From: Octopus vulgaris
Lineage: Eukaryota
Length of the DNA stretch: 64,000 nt
Assembly (NCBI GenBank): GCA_951406725.2
Contig: OX597814.1
Span: 223,076,001 to 223,140,000, forward strand
Direction of reading: 5' to 3'
Part shown: piece after piece, positions 1-12,071 of the stretch
Layout: every line of letters begins with the position of its first letter
Position numbering within the stretch: the stretch's first letter is position 1
The notes under the pieces: model-generated
Told to the model about the DNA's origin: nothing
What the model saw: only the letters and a program-made list of their open reading frames with translations
Databases searched by the model: none
Program-made: the position numbers and the translations under genes

Positions 1-267
1 TAGTGAAATGGATGTATGAAATAATGGCGCATTATGTGAATGTCGCAAGCACGCACGAGTAAATGTTTGTTTGTACCATACAACACTTTCCTCGACAAAT
101 CATGAGGGGAATGAAGGCCAATGAATCTGCCAGCTTGCGGCCTCAGTTGTTGATTAATATTCCGAGAAACACACGATCGTAGAAAAACATGGAGAACGAA
201 ATTCTTTATTAAGTGAAATCTATTTTCAGTTACTTCGCAGGTATGTATACGTGTATACTTCAGCTGC

Positions 268-625
268 TGGTTGGCACTCGGTTACGACGACGAGGGTTCC
301 AGTTGATCCGATGAAAGGTACTGCCTGCTCGTAAAATTAACATGCAAGTGGCTGAGCTCTCTACAGACGCATGTAGTTCTCGGGGAGATTCAGCGTGACA
401 CAGAGTGTGACAAGGCCGACCCTTTGAAATACAGATACAACAGAAACAGGAAGAAAGAGTGAGAGAAAGAGTACAGCAGGGTTCGCCACCACCCCCTGCC
501 GGATCCTTGTGGAACTTTAGGTGTTTTCGCTCAACAAACACTCACAACGTCAGGTCTGGGAATCGAAACCGCGATCTTACGACCGTGACTCCGCTGCCTT
601 AACCACTGGGCCATTGCGCCTCCAC
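268..625 (-). mobile_element. tRNA-derived SINE, family A
   Basis: Reverse complement begins GTGGAGGCGCAATGGCCCAGTGGTTAAGG...GGTTTCGATTCC (pol III A/B boxes). Body is colinear with the copies at 28620, 56732 and 59938. Confidence 0.85.
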
Positions 626-864
626 ACTTCAGTTACTACATCGAACACAATAAGAACACAGTTGATTAAATCTAACCAATAATTTCACTAAAATATATTT
701 TATAGGCGCTTAAAATAAAATATGACAACTATTTGTTCATAGAAACTAAAGGAATATAACAGAGCGGTGCAGTTTTGATACGCGAGCCAGTGTTTCATCG
801 CTTGGCAAGTATCCGTCTTCGAACAAACCATTCTAACATCGGCACATGGCTAATAGACTGCAAT

Positions 865-1615
865 ATATTCCTTTCTATTCTAGGTACAAGACCCGAAATT
901 TTTGGGGAGAGGGCCACTCGATTAGATCGACCCCAGTATACAACTGGTACTGACATTATCGACCCAGAAATGATGAAAGGCAAAGTCGACCGCAGTGGAA
1001 TTTGATCTCAGAAGGTGAATGCAGACGAAATACCTATTTCTTTACTACCTACAAGGCACTAAACACAGAGGAGACAAACAAGGACAGACAAACAGATTAA
1101 GTCGATTACATCGACCCCGGTGCGTAACTGGTACTTAATTTATCGATACCGAAAGGATGAAAGGCAAAATCGAACTCGGCGGAATTTGAACTCAGAACGT
1201 AAAGACAGACGAAATACCTATTTCTTTACTACCCACAAGGGGCTAAACACAGCGGGGACAAACGGATTAAGTCGATTATATCGACCCCAGTGCGTAACTG
1301 GTACTTAATTTATCGACCCCGAAAGGATGAAAAGCAAAGTCGACCTCGGTGGAATTTGAACTCAGAACGTAACGGCAGACGAAATACGGCTACGCATTTC
1401 GCCCGGCGTGCTAACGTTTCTGCCAGCTCGCCGCCTTTCTTTAAAATTATACACGTTTAGCATATTCTTTTCTACTCTAGGCACAAGGCCAGAATTTTTG
1501 AGGAGGCAGTCTGTCGTTTAGATCTACTCCAGTACAAAAATGGTACTGAATTTACGATCCCGAAATGATACAAAGTAGTGTCGACCTCGGCGGAATTTGG
1601 ACTCAGAACGTAAAT
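865..1615 (-). mobile_element. Tandem cluster of ~4 partial Nin-domain-like tRNA-SINE copies (family N)
   Basis: Repeated units CTGGTACTTAATTTATCGACCCCGAAAGGATGAAAGGCAAAGTCGACCTCGGCGGAATTTGAACTCAGAACG. Minus strand reads GCCTTTCATCCTTTCGGGGTCGATAAA, resembling the Nin/Deu SINE core. One complete head ends near 1436. Confidence 0.8.
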
Positions 1616-1688
1616 ACATATATGTAAGTACATATATGTAAGTACGTATGCAAATGTACATTATTTACATTATTTACATTCGACGGAT

Positions 1689-1724
1689 ATTATTATTATT
1701 ATGTTGCTGTTATTATTATTATCA

Positions 1725-1812
<88 letters not shown>

Positions 1813-1840
1813 CATCATCATTATTATTATTATTATTATT
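1689..1840. repeat. (TTA)n microsatellite
   Basis: Direct reading. Confidence 0.95.
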
Positions 1841-2632
1841 TCACTGTGCTGAATCTGGAAAATGAATATCTGACGCGAGGGCAACATCTCGGTATTTTCT
1901 CAGCATGCCTATTTACCAGGTTTTCCTTACTTAACAGGATGAACAATACTTCCCCAAGGCACAGGTCACATAGGTCGGATAGTGTATTATATGGGTATAC
2001 ATTCTTTATTATTGACCATTCTGTTCCATAATCTATTTTTCCTACTTTTAGTCTCCACATTTGGTCCGGTAGCGATGTTGCGTGGTTGGGAAGCAAACGA
2101 CACACCAGACAGCAATGCCTGTGTGGTGTGTACACACATTTGTATAGCTATACATTTCATATGGACAATATATGTAAATATATAATGCATTCTTAATTTG
2201 AGTGAAGGAATATTGAAAGAATTATGGAAATAGATAGTGTCGAATCTGAAGACAATATATTTGTGTGAAGTAGCATGTTAATGGTGTTAAGGGAGATAAG
2301 AGTTAGACGATATTTGCGATAGGTTATAATGGAGGATTAAGCCGATTATCATGCTATGTATAGCTTATTCACTATTATGTTAAATGTATTTGAAAAGCAA
2401 TGGAAAACATACACACACATGCACATAAACACACACTCAAATACAAACACACATTCGAAGTCAGACGCCAGAGATATAAAGCGGTACATATGCAGATCCA
2501 ATACACTTTAAACAGTGCACTTAATCACACTTAATCGCACTCACACTGACCTAAACATATATATATATATGTATATTATATTATATTACATTATATTACA
2601 TTATATTATATTATATTATATCATATTATACT

Positions 2633-2665
<33 letters not shown>

Positions 2666-2667
<2 letters not shown>

Positions 2668-3035
2668 CTCTTTACTCTTTTACTTGTTTCAGTCATTTGA
2701 CTGCGGCCAAACTGGAGCACCGCCTTTAGTCGAGCAAATCGAACCCGGGACTTATTCTTTGTAAGCCCAGTACTTATTCTATCGGTCTCTTTTGCCGAAC
2801 CGCTAAGTGACGGGGACGTAAACACACCAGCATCGGTTGTCAAGCAATGCTAGGGGGACAAACACACACACACAAACACACACACATAGACCATATATAT
2901 ATATATATATACATATATACGACAGGCTTCTTTCAGTTTCGGTCTACCAAATCCATTCACAAGGCATTGGTCGGCCCGGGGCTATAGCAGAAGACACTTG
3001 CCCAAGAAGCCACGCAGTGGGACTGAACCCGGAAC
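2666..3035 (-). mobile_element. tRNA-derived SINE, family B (head truncated)
   Basis: Colinear with 40440-40856. Has the (TACTCTTT)n tail, an internal CA/TA tract and GAAGACACTTGCCCAAG. Confidence 0.85.
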
Positions 3036-3498
3036 TCGATATTATGTAAATAGAGGAATGTATCTGTAAATATGATATGTGACAATTATTCGGTAGCCAT
3101 GATAAAACTCCGAGTTTCGTATGTCGGGGCGAAAAACCCACGCCACACGCGCGCACAAAATATTCCATATACACGTCTATATATGCACAGAGAAAAAGCA
3201 GGGTGGAAGGTAGAATACAGAAAAAATATGTGTAAAAAATATGAGCAATAAACCTATAAAACAATACTTCTATAAATATGTAAAAAATATGTGTATATAT
3301 ATGTATTTAGACTCTGTTCTTCGATTTAAGGCTTTCGTCGATTTTATAAGATGATTCTATGCTGTATTTTGTTCATTGCATGCTTAAGGTCATTAGTTGA
3401 AACGACCAATGAAAAAAAAAAAAACATTTTCAAATGTGTATCCATTAAACTAATTTTATGTTTGCTTATAACCTTATTTCTGTTGTATTCTAAACAAA

Positions 3499-3530
3499 AC
3501 TCTGACGAACGGGAACGTGAAACTGTCAGT
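3499..3530 (+). ncRNA. Minimal type I hammerhead ribozyme motif in an older PLE-like terminal fragment
   Basis: ACT-CTGACGA-ACG(GGAA)CGT-GAAA-CTG-TC-AGT. Canonical CUGANGA/GAAA core; stems I and II pair; stem III is very short. Confidence 0.65.
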
Positions 3531-3617
3531 AACAGTTTTAGTAATATTTCTGCTGCTTTTTATTCTGGTATTCGAGTACTATTTTTCCACCTGGTTTTGC
3601 ATTTATATGCTTACTCC

Positions 3618-3619
<2 letters not shown>

Positions 3620-3680
<61 letters not shown>
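3620..3680. repeat. (TA)n tract, left flank of the PLE
   Basis: Direct reading. Confidence 0.95.
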
Positions 3681-3683
<3 letters not shown>

Positions 3684-4017
3684 ATAAAACTCAAGATACA
3701 CAACGAACTCACAATGTATCGGAGAACTTATTTTTTAATTTTTGTACATTTTTATCATTATTCTTTTACAAAAAACATTGCAATTTTCTTTTTTTCCCCT
3801 TTCTAATTTTCAAAAAAACTTCTTAAAACATAAATATTCTTGACAAGTCATACATTGACGAAAACCGGTTGAATAAATATATATATTTATATATTTTATC
3901 ATTTTCTCATTTTATTAAAATTTTATTTCATTTGAGCATTCTGCATTTTTAAAAAAATTTTTCCTTACTTATCATTTCTCCACGTGCGGTCAACACAACC
4001 CCACCATTTATTGATCT
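3681..4017 (+). repeat. 5' pseudo-LTR (direct repeat)
   Basis: ACCATAAAACTCAAG...TTTATTGATCT. Matches 8296-8631 apart from a T-homopolymer length difference that I could see. Confidence 0.95.
3835..3875 (+). ncRNA. Hammerhead-like ribozyme, U3-A8 core variant (5' pLTR)
   Basis: TATTC-TTGACAA-GTCA(TACAT)TGAC-GAAA-ACCGG-TT-GAATA. Stem I TATTC/GAATA, stem II GTCA/TGAC. Confidence 0.7.
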
Positions 4018-4045
4018 GTACCCTCTACCACACGTGTGATTCAGA

Positions 4046-5537
4046 ATGCCTCCGAAAAACAAGAGCACTCTTACAGAGACAGTCACCAATAAGACCATTC
4101 TAAAAGAACTCAAAGTACTCAATACACATCTACTTACATTCTCCAAAAAAATTGACGAACTTCTCCTTCAATCCCGGGACAATTCAGAAAACAACCATCA
4201 TCAACAACTTTCGGATAAATTTGATGTAAACCTAAACGAAATCAACACTACACTGAAAACTCTACTTTCGGATAAGATAGATGTAAACCTAAATGAAATC
4301 AACACTACACTGAAAACTCTACTTACCAATTCAACGCCAAAGAGACCTCAGACACCACTCAACACACAGAAGGAACACATTTCAACCCCAGCACAACGCA
4401 TTAAAAACCAGATCATCACTACTTGGACTAAGAAACTACACAACAGAAAACTTCTCTTCTGGAACATGCTCAAAAACCAAAACAAAGCTGATATTTACGA
4501 CAAATGGTTAAACTCCTCCCCTATCATACTACCCCGAAAATTCCAAATCAAACACATCCCAGACGAACCTGAAAAACAACGCTTCCTAAGAGAAAAACTA
4601 ACATTGGAAAAAATGAAAACCGAAGTAGAACTTCTAAAACTCAGAGCACAAAACCACGAACAAAAATACACAAAAATAGACGATGAGATACTTCTAGAAC
4701 TAACCTCACACACCAACGAACAGCCCCTCGAACTTGTTATTAAACTATGGAAAGATGAATGTGAAAAGGAAGAACGAACCTCCCTCAAACGCTGGGAAAA
4801 CAACAAAGATTTCTTCCTCAACTATGAAACACAATTCATATTAAACCATAAATCCAAAAACCCATTCATAAAAGTACCCACAACACAGACTTCCACTGTA
4901 CCCCATAAACACCATTCCAAACCGCACCTCAAATACACATACTCTCCAAACCCCCTCCTAACAGGACACAACCTCCCCCAACCATATAAAAAACCCTTTC
5001 CCCCCGAAACATCTCAAACAAGACCCACCACAAAACCTGGTTTTCCAATCACTCTAACACCCCTCCCCCACCGATTAGAACCTTCAAGAACCTCCCATAC
5101 ACTAGAAATTATCCCCCCCTCAAGGCTCCCCTCCCTCACACTAATAACAAACAAGGCATCCTACCCACACCGATACATATAAGACCCACCCAACGAACCC
5201 CCTATAGTCCACCCATCCAACAACCACATTCCTACCACATCTCCTACAGATCTCCAAACCCTCACATCCCACACGAACCCAATCACCACAACTACATACC
5301 CTCCTACATCCCCCCATACAATCTACCAGACACACACCCACAAACCCATCGCATTTCTCACAAAACCTTACACCATCGCATCCCATACCAACATAAATAC
5401 TACAACTACCTACCCCCTCCAACCTCCCCACCCAAAAACACTCCTACACATACAACCAGAACTTTAACAAAGAATACACCCCTTACCTCAACAACCATTT
5501 TTTAGACAGAGGGGAAAAATACAAACACCACCGCTAA
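4046..5537 (+). CDS. PLE ORF1: N-terminal coiled-coil/helical basic region plus Pro/His/Tyr-rich tail, read across two apparent 1-nt homopolymer deletions
   Basis: 378-aa ORF 4046-5182 in frame 2. Frame 1 is open 4990-5505 and frame 3 is open 5397-5537, ending ...LNNHFLDRGEKYKHHR*. The inferred frame switches fall at C-runs near 5000 and 5413. Confidence 0.7.
5498..5504 (+). promoter_or_regulatory. Candidate -1 ribosomal frameshift slippery heptamer T_TTT_TTA
   Basis: X_XXY_YYZ in phase with the ORF1-terminal frame 3. A -1 shift enters frame 2, which encodes KIINLSSKTLT...RGLKFTP and has no Met after the stop at 5465. Confidence 0.5.
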
Positions 5538-5560
5538 CACAGACCCAAAATAAGAAAACA

Positions 5561-7812
5561 AAAATTATAAACCTCTCCAGCAAAACACTGACACCAACCC
5601 CAATCAACATCCTAGCAAGAGGTTTGAAATTCACACCCCAAGAACACCCAACCCCCGGAGGTCAAGGATGACGTTTTCTGAATTCTGCAGAAAACTTCGC
5701 CTAACAGAAGCTTTGACAGATATCAACAATGGGGACGACTCATTGATCAGAAATAAAAGCAACTTCCTACCACCAAAAGGGAGAAATAAAACACTGGACG
5801 ATTTCTGTAAACACATCCAGAGTCTCCCCTTTACCCCAAGCAAAACCAAGGTAAAATCCAATTTCAGTAAGGAAGAATGGGAAAACCTACGTGACATACA
5901 ACTGGATAAAAACCTCACCATCAAAGAAGCGGACAAAGGGAGTGCTGTGGTCCTTATGGACACGGAATTTTATAAACACCTAGTGTTCTCCATGCTTAAC
6001 AATAACATTTTCTATGAGGTTATTAACAACTACAAACAGCAAAAAACAATCAGAAACCTCACCACACTCATACGCCAACACGGCCAGGGACTCACAGAAA
6101 AAGAAAGGGATTATATCACCATTTTCAAATGCAAGCCCAGCCTTTTTTATGGCCTTCCTAAAATCCATAAAAACAAATACATCACCGAAGCCTGCAAACT
6201 CTCCACTGACATCCACATCAACATCAAAGCACCGGAGGACCTAAAACTAAGGCCCATCGTGGCGGGTACCTCCTGTGAAACACACCGCCTGAGTAACTTC
6301 CTAGACATCCTTTTGAAACCTTTCCTTACCCACATCAAAAGTTTCATTAGGGATGATCTGGACATGCTCAAACACCTCCCGAAAACAGTTAACGAGGGGG
6401 CACTCCTGGTATCCTTTGATGTCATCAACCTCTACACCAACATTCCACATGAGTATGGTATAGAGGCAATTGACTTCTGGCTAGAAAAACACCCAGAGAC
6501 ATTCCCTGACCGCATTAACAAGTCTTTTATTACAGAATCTCTTAAGTTCATTCTGACAAACAATTTTTTTCTCTTCGACGACACACACTACCGTCAAAAA
6601 TGTGGCATTGCGATGGGTACCAAGGCTGCACCAGTCCTTGCGAACCTCATAATGGGTTACTTCGAACTGTCACTCTATGAAATATCAAGCCAGAAATTTG
6701 GACATGTTTTCCACACCTACCTAATGGAAAACTGGAAAAGGTATTTAGATGATTGTTTCATCATATGGAAAGAACCTTATGATAAACTCCTGGAATTCAA
6801 AACCATACTAAACAACATACATCCCAACATCCAATTCACTATGGAATTTAGCAAACATCATCTCCCATTCCTTGATCTCCTAATTATAAAAACACCTAAA
6901 AACCAAATCATAACAGACATCTACCACAAACCTACAGACTCACAACAATACCTCCTCTTTAGTTCATGCCACCCAAAACACACCAAGACAAATATCCCTT
7001 TCAATTTAGCTAAAAGGGTATGCACCATTGTCTCGGATCCAAAAACACGAGAAATACGCCTTCAAGACCTCAAAAAAACACTATTACAACGTCAATATCC
7101 CTCCACCCTTATAGAGTATGGAATAAAACGCGCCAAAGAACTAGACAACACTACACTGAAAACCACCCAACCTAACACCACACACAACCTCAAAATACTT
7201 CCATACATTTCCACCCACAACCCCAAAAATATCGAAGCATACACCACAATCATACAAAACCTCAGTCTACTGTCAACAGACCCAAAAATGAAAAACATTA
7301 TAAATACACACAAAATCCTCAAATGCAAAAGGCAACACAAATCTTTAAAAAAACTCTTGACAAATGCCAAACTTCACACACCACATCCACCCCCAACAGT
7401 AAAAAAATGTGCACGCTCAAACTGTGGTACCTGCCCCTTTCTACTTGAAGGCTCTGAATTTACCTTCAAACAAGGTACGAAGTTTAAAATCAAGACTAAC
7501 TTCTCCTGTTCCTCCGAGAACCTTATCTACGTTCTCACATGCGCTGGTTGCCAACATAATTATGTGGGACAAACGAGTCTCCCGTTACGTAAACGAGTAA
7601 CGGTGCATAAAGAACAAATAAATCTCCCGGAATACCGACAAATTCCACTGAGTGACCACTTAGACTCATGTGCCAAAGACTTAAACCCCAAATTCTATAT
7701 ATTCCCCTTCTACCAATGTAAAGACGGGATCACCACACAGGAGAGAATTAACAAGGAGAATCTCTTTATTGAAAAATTCCAAACACAACTTAATATGCAA
7801 ACTCCTCGTTGA
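5561..7812 (+). CDS. PLE reverse transcriptase + Cys-rich linker + GIY-YIG endonuclease
   Basis: 714-aa ORF 5668-7812 with IKEADKG, FYGLPKIHK, LRPIVAG, SFDVINLYTNIP, GIAMGT, RYLDD, LPFLDL, CARSNCGTC and NLIYVLTC-x7-YVGQT. The conserved N-terminus (IINLSS..GLKFTP) lies at 5561-5640 in another frame. Confidence 0.95.
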
Positions 7813-8295
7813 TCAAACTTCCTTCCTCTACCTCACTCTTCATGGATGGACTAACACAAATATATAAAGATACCATGCATTCACCACTTCAAGCTAAAAC
7901 TTATATTCTTTAAATATCATTTTCACTATTGTTGTTGTTACTACTATCATTTTTATTATAAATGATATGACAATTTGAAATGCAATTGTCTATGCAGTTT
8001 TATATTATTAGAAAATAATATAAATAAAGTGTTAAAATCTGAAAGTTAAGTTAACAAGCAATTATATATAAAAAAGATAATGCAAATGAAGCTAAAATGA
8101 TAGTTTTATAATTTGGGTTTTATTGAAGAACTCAAAAGAGTTTTCTCCCCTTACTCACAACACAGGAACTGAAGAACCAGGACCACAATTACTACTACTT
8201 CCTGTCCTGCAACATGCTGTATTCAACAACACAACACATCACATGCTCTTAATCCCTTTGGATCTTAACACCTCAAGGTAACTTTTTGGTAAACA

Positions 8296-9131
<836 letters not shown>

Positions 9132-9218
9132 TGAGAATATACAAAAGAAACAAAGGACGGAGACGGGTGTGTAAATAACAAGCCGATGTATTATTCTAAC
9201 GCTCGAGAAGTGAGAAAG

Positions 9219-9288
<70 letters not shown>

Positions 9289-9305
9289 TATATACAAATA
9301 TGTAC

Positions 9306-9343
<38 letters not shown>

Positions 9344-9869
9344 AGAAAAAGGAGAGAGACAGACAAACACACAAGCCCGCGAATGTCTGCAGGGCATATA
9401 CTATTGTATTAGTTCCAAGTAGAGTCAGTACATTTTATTTATGACTTCTGGTAATTGAGTAACAATAAGTTACTTCATACGCTGTTGTAACGTGTAACGC
9501 TATATAAGAAATATTAACGAGAAAACGATATCTTTGTTATATTATCGGACCCTTGTTTTCTTGCACCTGTGTACAGAAAGCAACAGAATGTCAGAAAGTG
9601 TAATAGCTTAAAGACACCCGTTCGGTTAATTAGTTTACCTCGCTATATTTTGTTTTCTTTGTTTTCCGGTGAAACTGACAATTACAGTGCATTTATACAG
9701 ACTGTTACGTCTGCTACGTTGTAGGTTGATAACGGTAACTATATTCCCTAATTATACACCTGCAATTTTGAAAGACAGCAGTAAATGATATTAATGTTGC
9801 ATTTCCAACTTTGTAGTAGTCTATTCATTCTATTGGAATAAGTTAAGCTCATATATGCATATGTACATG

Positions 9870-9911
<42 letters not shown>

Positions 9912-10149
9912 TATACATACATATATATATATATACTAGCATTATGACCCGGTGTTGCTGGGTCATTGTGCTAGTGCATGTATATATATGTATATATATG
10001 TGTACATAGTACATGTACATCTACATATATACATCTACATATAAAATACAAAATACAAAGTTATATATTGATATCGCTAGTGATAACAATACTCAAAATA
10101 TATAACAGACTGGAATTGAAGGCCCGTCTCTTGCAATTTCGATCAATAT

Positions 10150-10650
10150 TATCTTGTCCTCCCTCTTGTATAGAAGTGTGGCTACAATCCAGCCTACCTC
10201 TACTTCTAGGGGGACATTTTAAATTTTTATCCAGGACGTCCTAAGTCCCAGATATAAAGGTAAAATTAAAATATTTCCACTTTGCAAGGTTCAAGTCGAG
10301 TACTCCCTTGCACGCTCTGTTGACTCGAACCTTGCTTCTATTGTGGCGAATTTACCGCCTCTGGTTAGATATCTTTCATAGTCGCACCAAGACACTTTTC
10401 GATGGTGCTTTCCTCCAGGTGTTAACATCTTTTTTTTTTCTCTACATTGTATACTTTATAGACAATAGTCTTTTCTGTAATTTTACTTTTTATTTCGCTT
10501 CGTGGTGTTATCATAGATTCACCGTCTTTGCCGGTGATCAATCTGAAATAGGTTTGTATTTCTTCCATTTTAATTTTAATGAGTTCGCGCCCGCCGACGG
10601 CTGCAGCGAAATTCATTTTTGGACTTTCTTTTATCGAAGACATTTTAGCA
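10150..10650 (-). pseudogene. Decayed L1/Tx1-type ORF1 N-terminal fragment
   Basis: Minus-strand translation (NFAAAVGG...STIEKCL...TRGGKFATIEARF...PLYLG..SWIKI.NVP) parallels the ORF1 at 33700-34190 (SVEAVEECL...TREG.YGTVEV.F...LLPT...IGGVPPE). Confidence 0.55.
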
Positions 10651-11307
10651 AAAATGCTTCCGTATAAACGGTGAAAATATTGTCAATTTCCCCAAACAGG
10701 GACAAAATTCAATTTTTAAACAATAACCAAAGCTCCTTCTCCCAAAAGGGGAGGGTTACGGTTTACAATTATTTAGCAACTGCAACGCAACAACGCTTCC
10801 CTTACGAGGAACGAACAAACGGGATAACAATAAACAGTAATAATAATAACAAGAAACCTTTACGGTGAATCAAAAAGCATTACTCAGTAGAATCGTCTAT
10901 TCGAGAAAACAGACATTACATACAGCCAAACTTCATAAAGATACTTAATGCTAGCTAATTAGAAGATAATCTAATGTAAAAGCCGTGGTAAAGGGTAGGT
11001 GCACAGCTCCATCTGGACTATTCAATTTCTGCAAATTAATTTTATTTTAAATTTATTCCCATTCATGTGAAACCACTTATTCAAGTTCAAGTCATTGATG
11101 CAATTTTATACCAATTGCTATTCTTACTTTTAATTGTTATGTTACGATTTAATTATTATATTATACTTTAGTTTGATTTTAATTATTACTTACTACATAC
11201 AATGCAATTGTTATTATTCTCTCTAATTTTTATTGTTAAAGTGAAAGTTTCTGACATAAAATAGAGAGATGTTTTTGTTTCACTTTTAACACGTAATACT
11301 GAAATAT

Positions 11308-11595
11308 TGGAGAAGATATGATATTGCTATGGGCTCGCCCTAGGTAAGAAGTTGAACATTTTTTGCCCATGACACTACATGAACCCTAAGAAAGGCATGT
11401 GTAAAATTTGAATGAAATTGATTGTGTCGTTCTCAAGTTTTAGGGAATCATAGTGGAGAAGATATGATATTGCTGTGGGCTCGCTCTAGGCAAAAATTTA
11501 AAAATTGTTTTTGCCGATGACACTCCCCGGATCCTAAGTAAGGCATGTGTAAAATTTGAATGAAATTGGTTGTGTAGTTCTCAAATTTTAGGGAA
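11308..11595. repeat. Two ~146-bp tandem units inside the Helitron
   Basis: TGGAGAAGATATGATATTGCT...TTTTAGGGAA at 11308 and 11454. Confidence 0.85.
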
Positions 11596-12023
11596 ACACA
11601 CAGACAGACACACATTCTCAGTTTTATATATATAGATATTAGATCGGGATGCAAAGGGTAGGTTCCTAGCATTTTCAAATTTATAAATTATCGAAATATT
11701 GTGCTGACAACGGGAATGAATTTTTATAATTCTAACCCAGAAGCGCGTCCATAATTAATCAAAGACTGTTTGATTCCGTTATTTTTCTTCTTTTTGCCAA
11801 TGTGAGTTACAAATATAGTTATCTGTGGAGTAATATCTGTAGTAAAATATTTAATGCTGAATAAGTGCTATAGATGGACCGCAGTTAAGTTCCAGGTTCG
11901 GTGATTATGCGAATAAGGGGTTCAACGTTGGTCATATGTCAGTATGTGTATATAAAAATTTTATTCCATAATGAGATAAAAAGACCAAGGCTGTGTAGAT
12001 TTTAGAACAGTTATAGATAGAAT

Positions 12024-12071
12024 GTCTTACAGCTGTTTCCAGGATATTTATTATATCCCTTCATCTGAGAC
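12024..12071 (-). ncRNA. Hammerhead ribozyme motif with one core mismatch
   Basis: Minus strand: GTCT-CAGATGA-AGGGATAT(AATAA)ATATCCT-G-GAAA-CAGCTG-TA-AGAC. U4 is replaced by A; stem III is palindromic. Confidence 0.6.

Larger units (their letters stand above)
9936..11636 (-). mobile_element. Non-autonomous Helitron-like element
   Basis: Minus strand starts A|TCTATATATATAAAA (11636) and ends with a hairpin (GACCCAG-CAACA-CCGGGTC) then CTAG|T (9936). These are canonical TC...hairpin-CTRR termini in an AT site. Confidence 0.65.
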
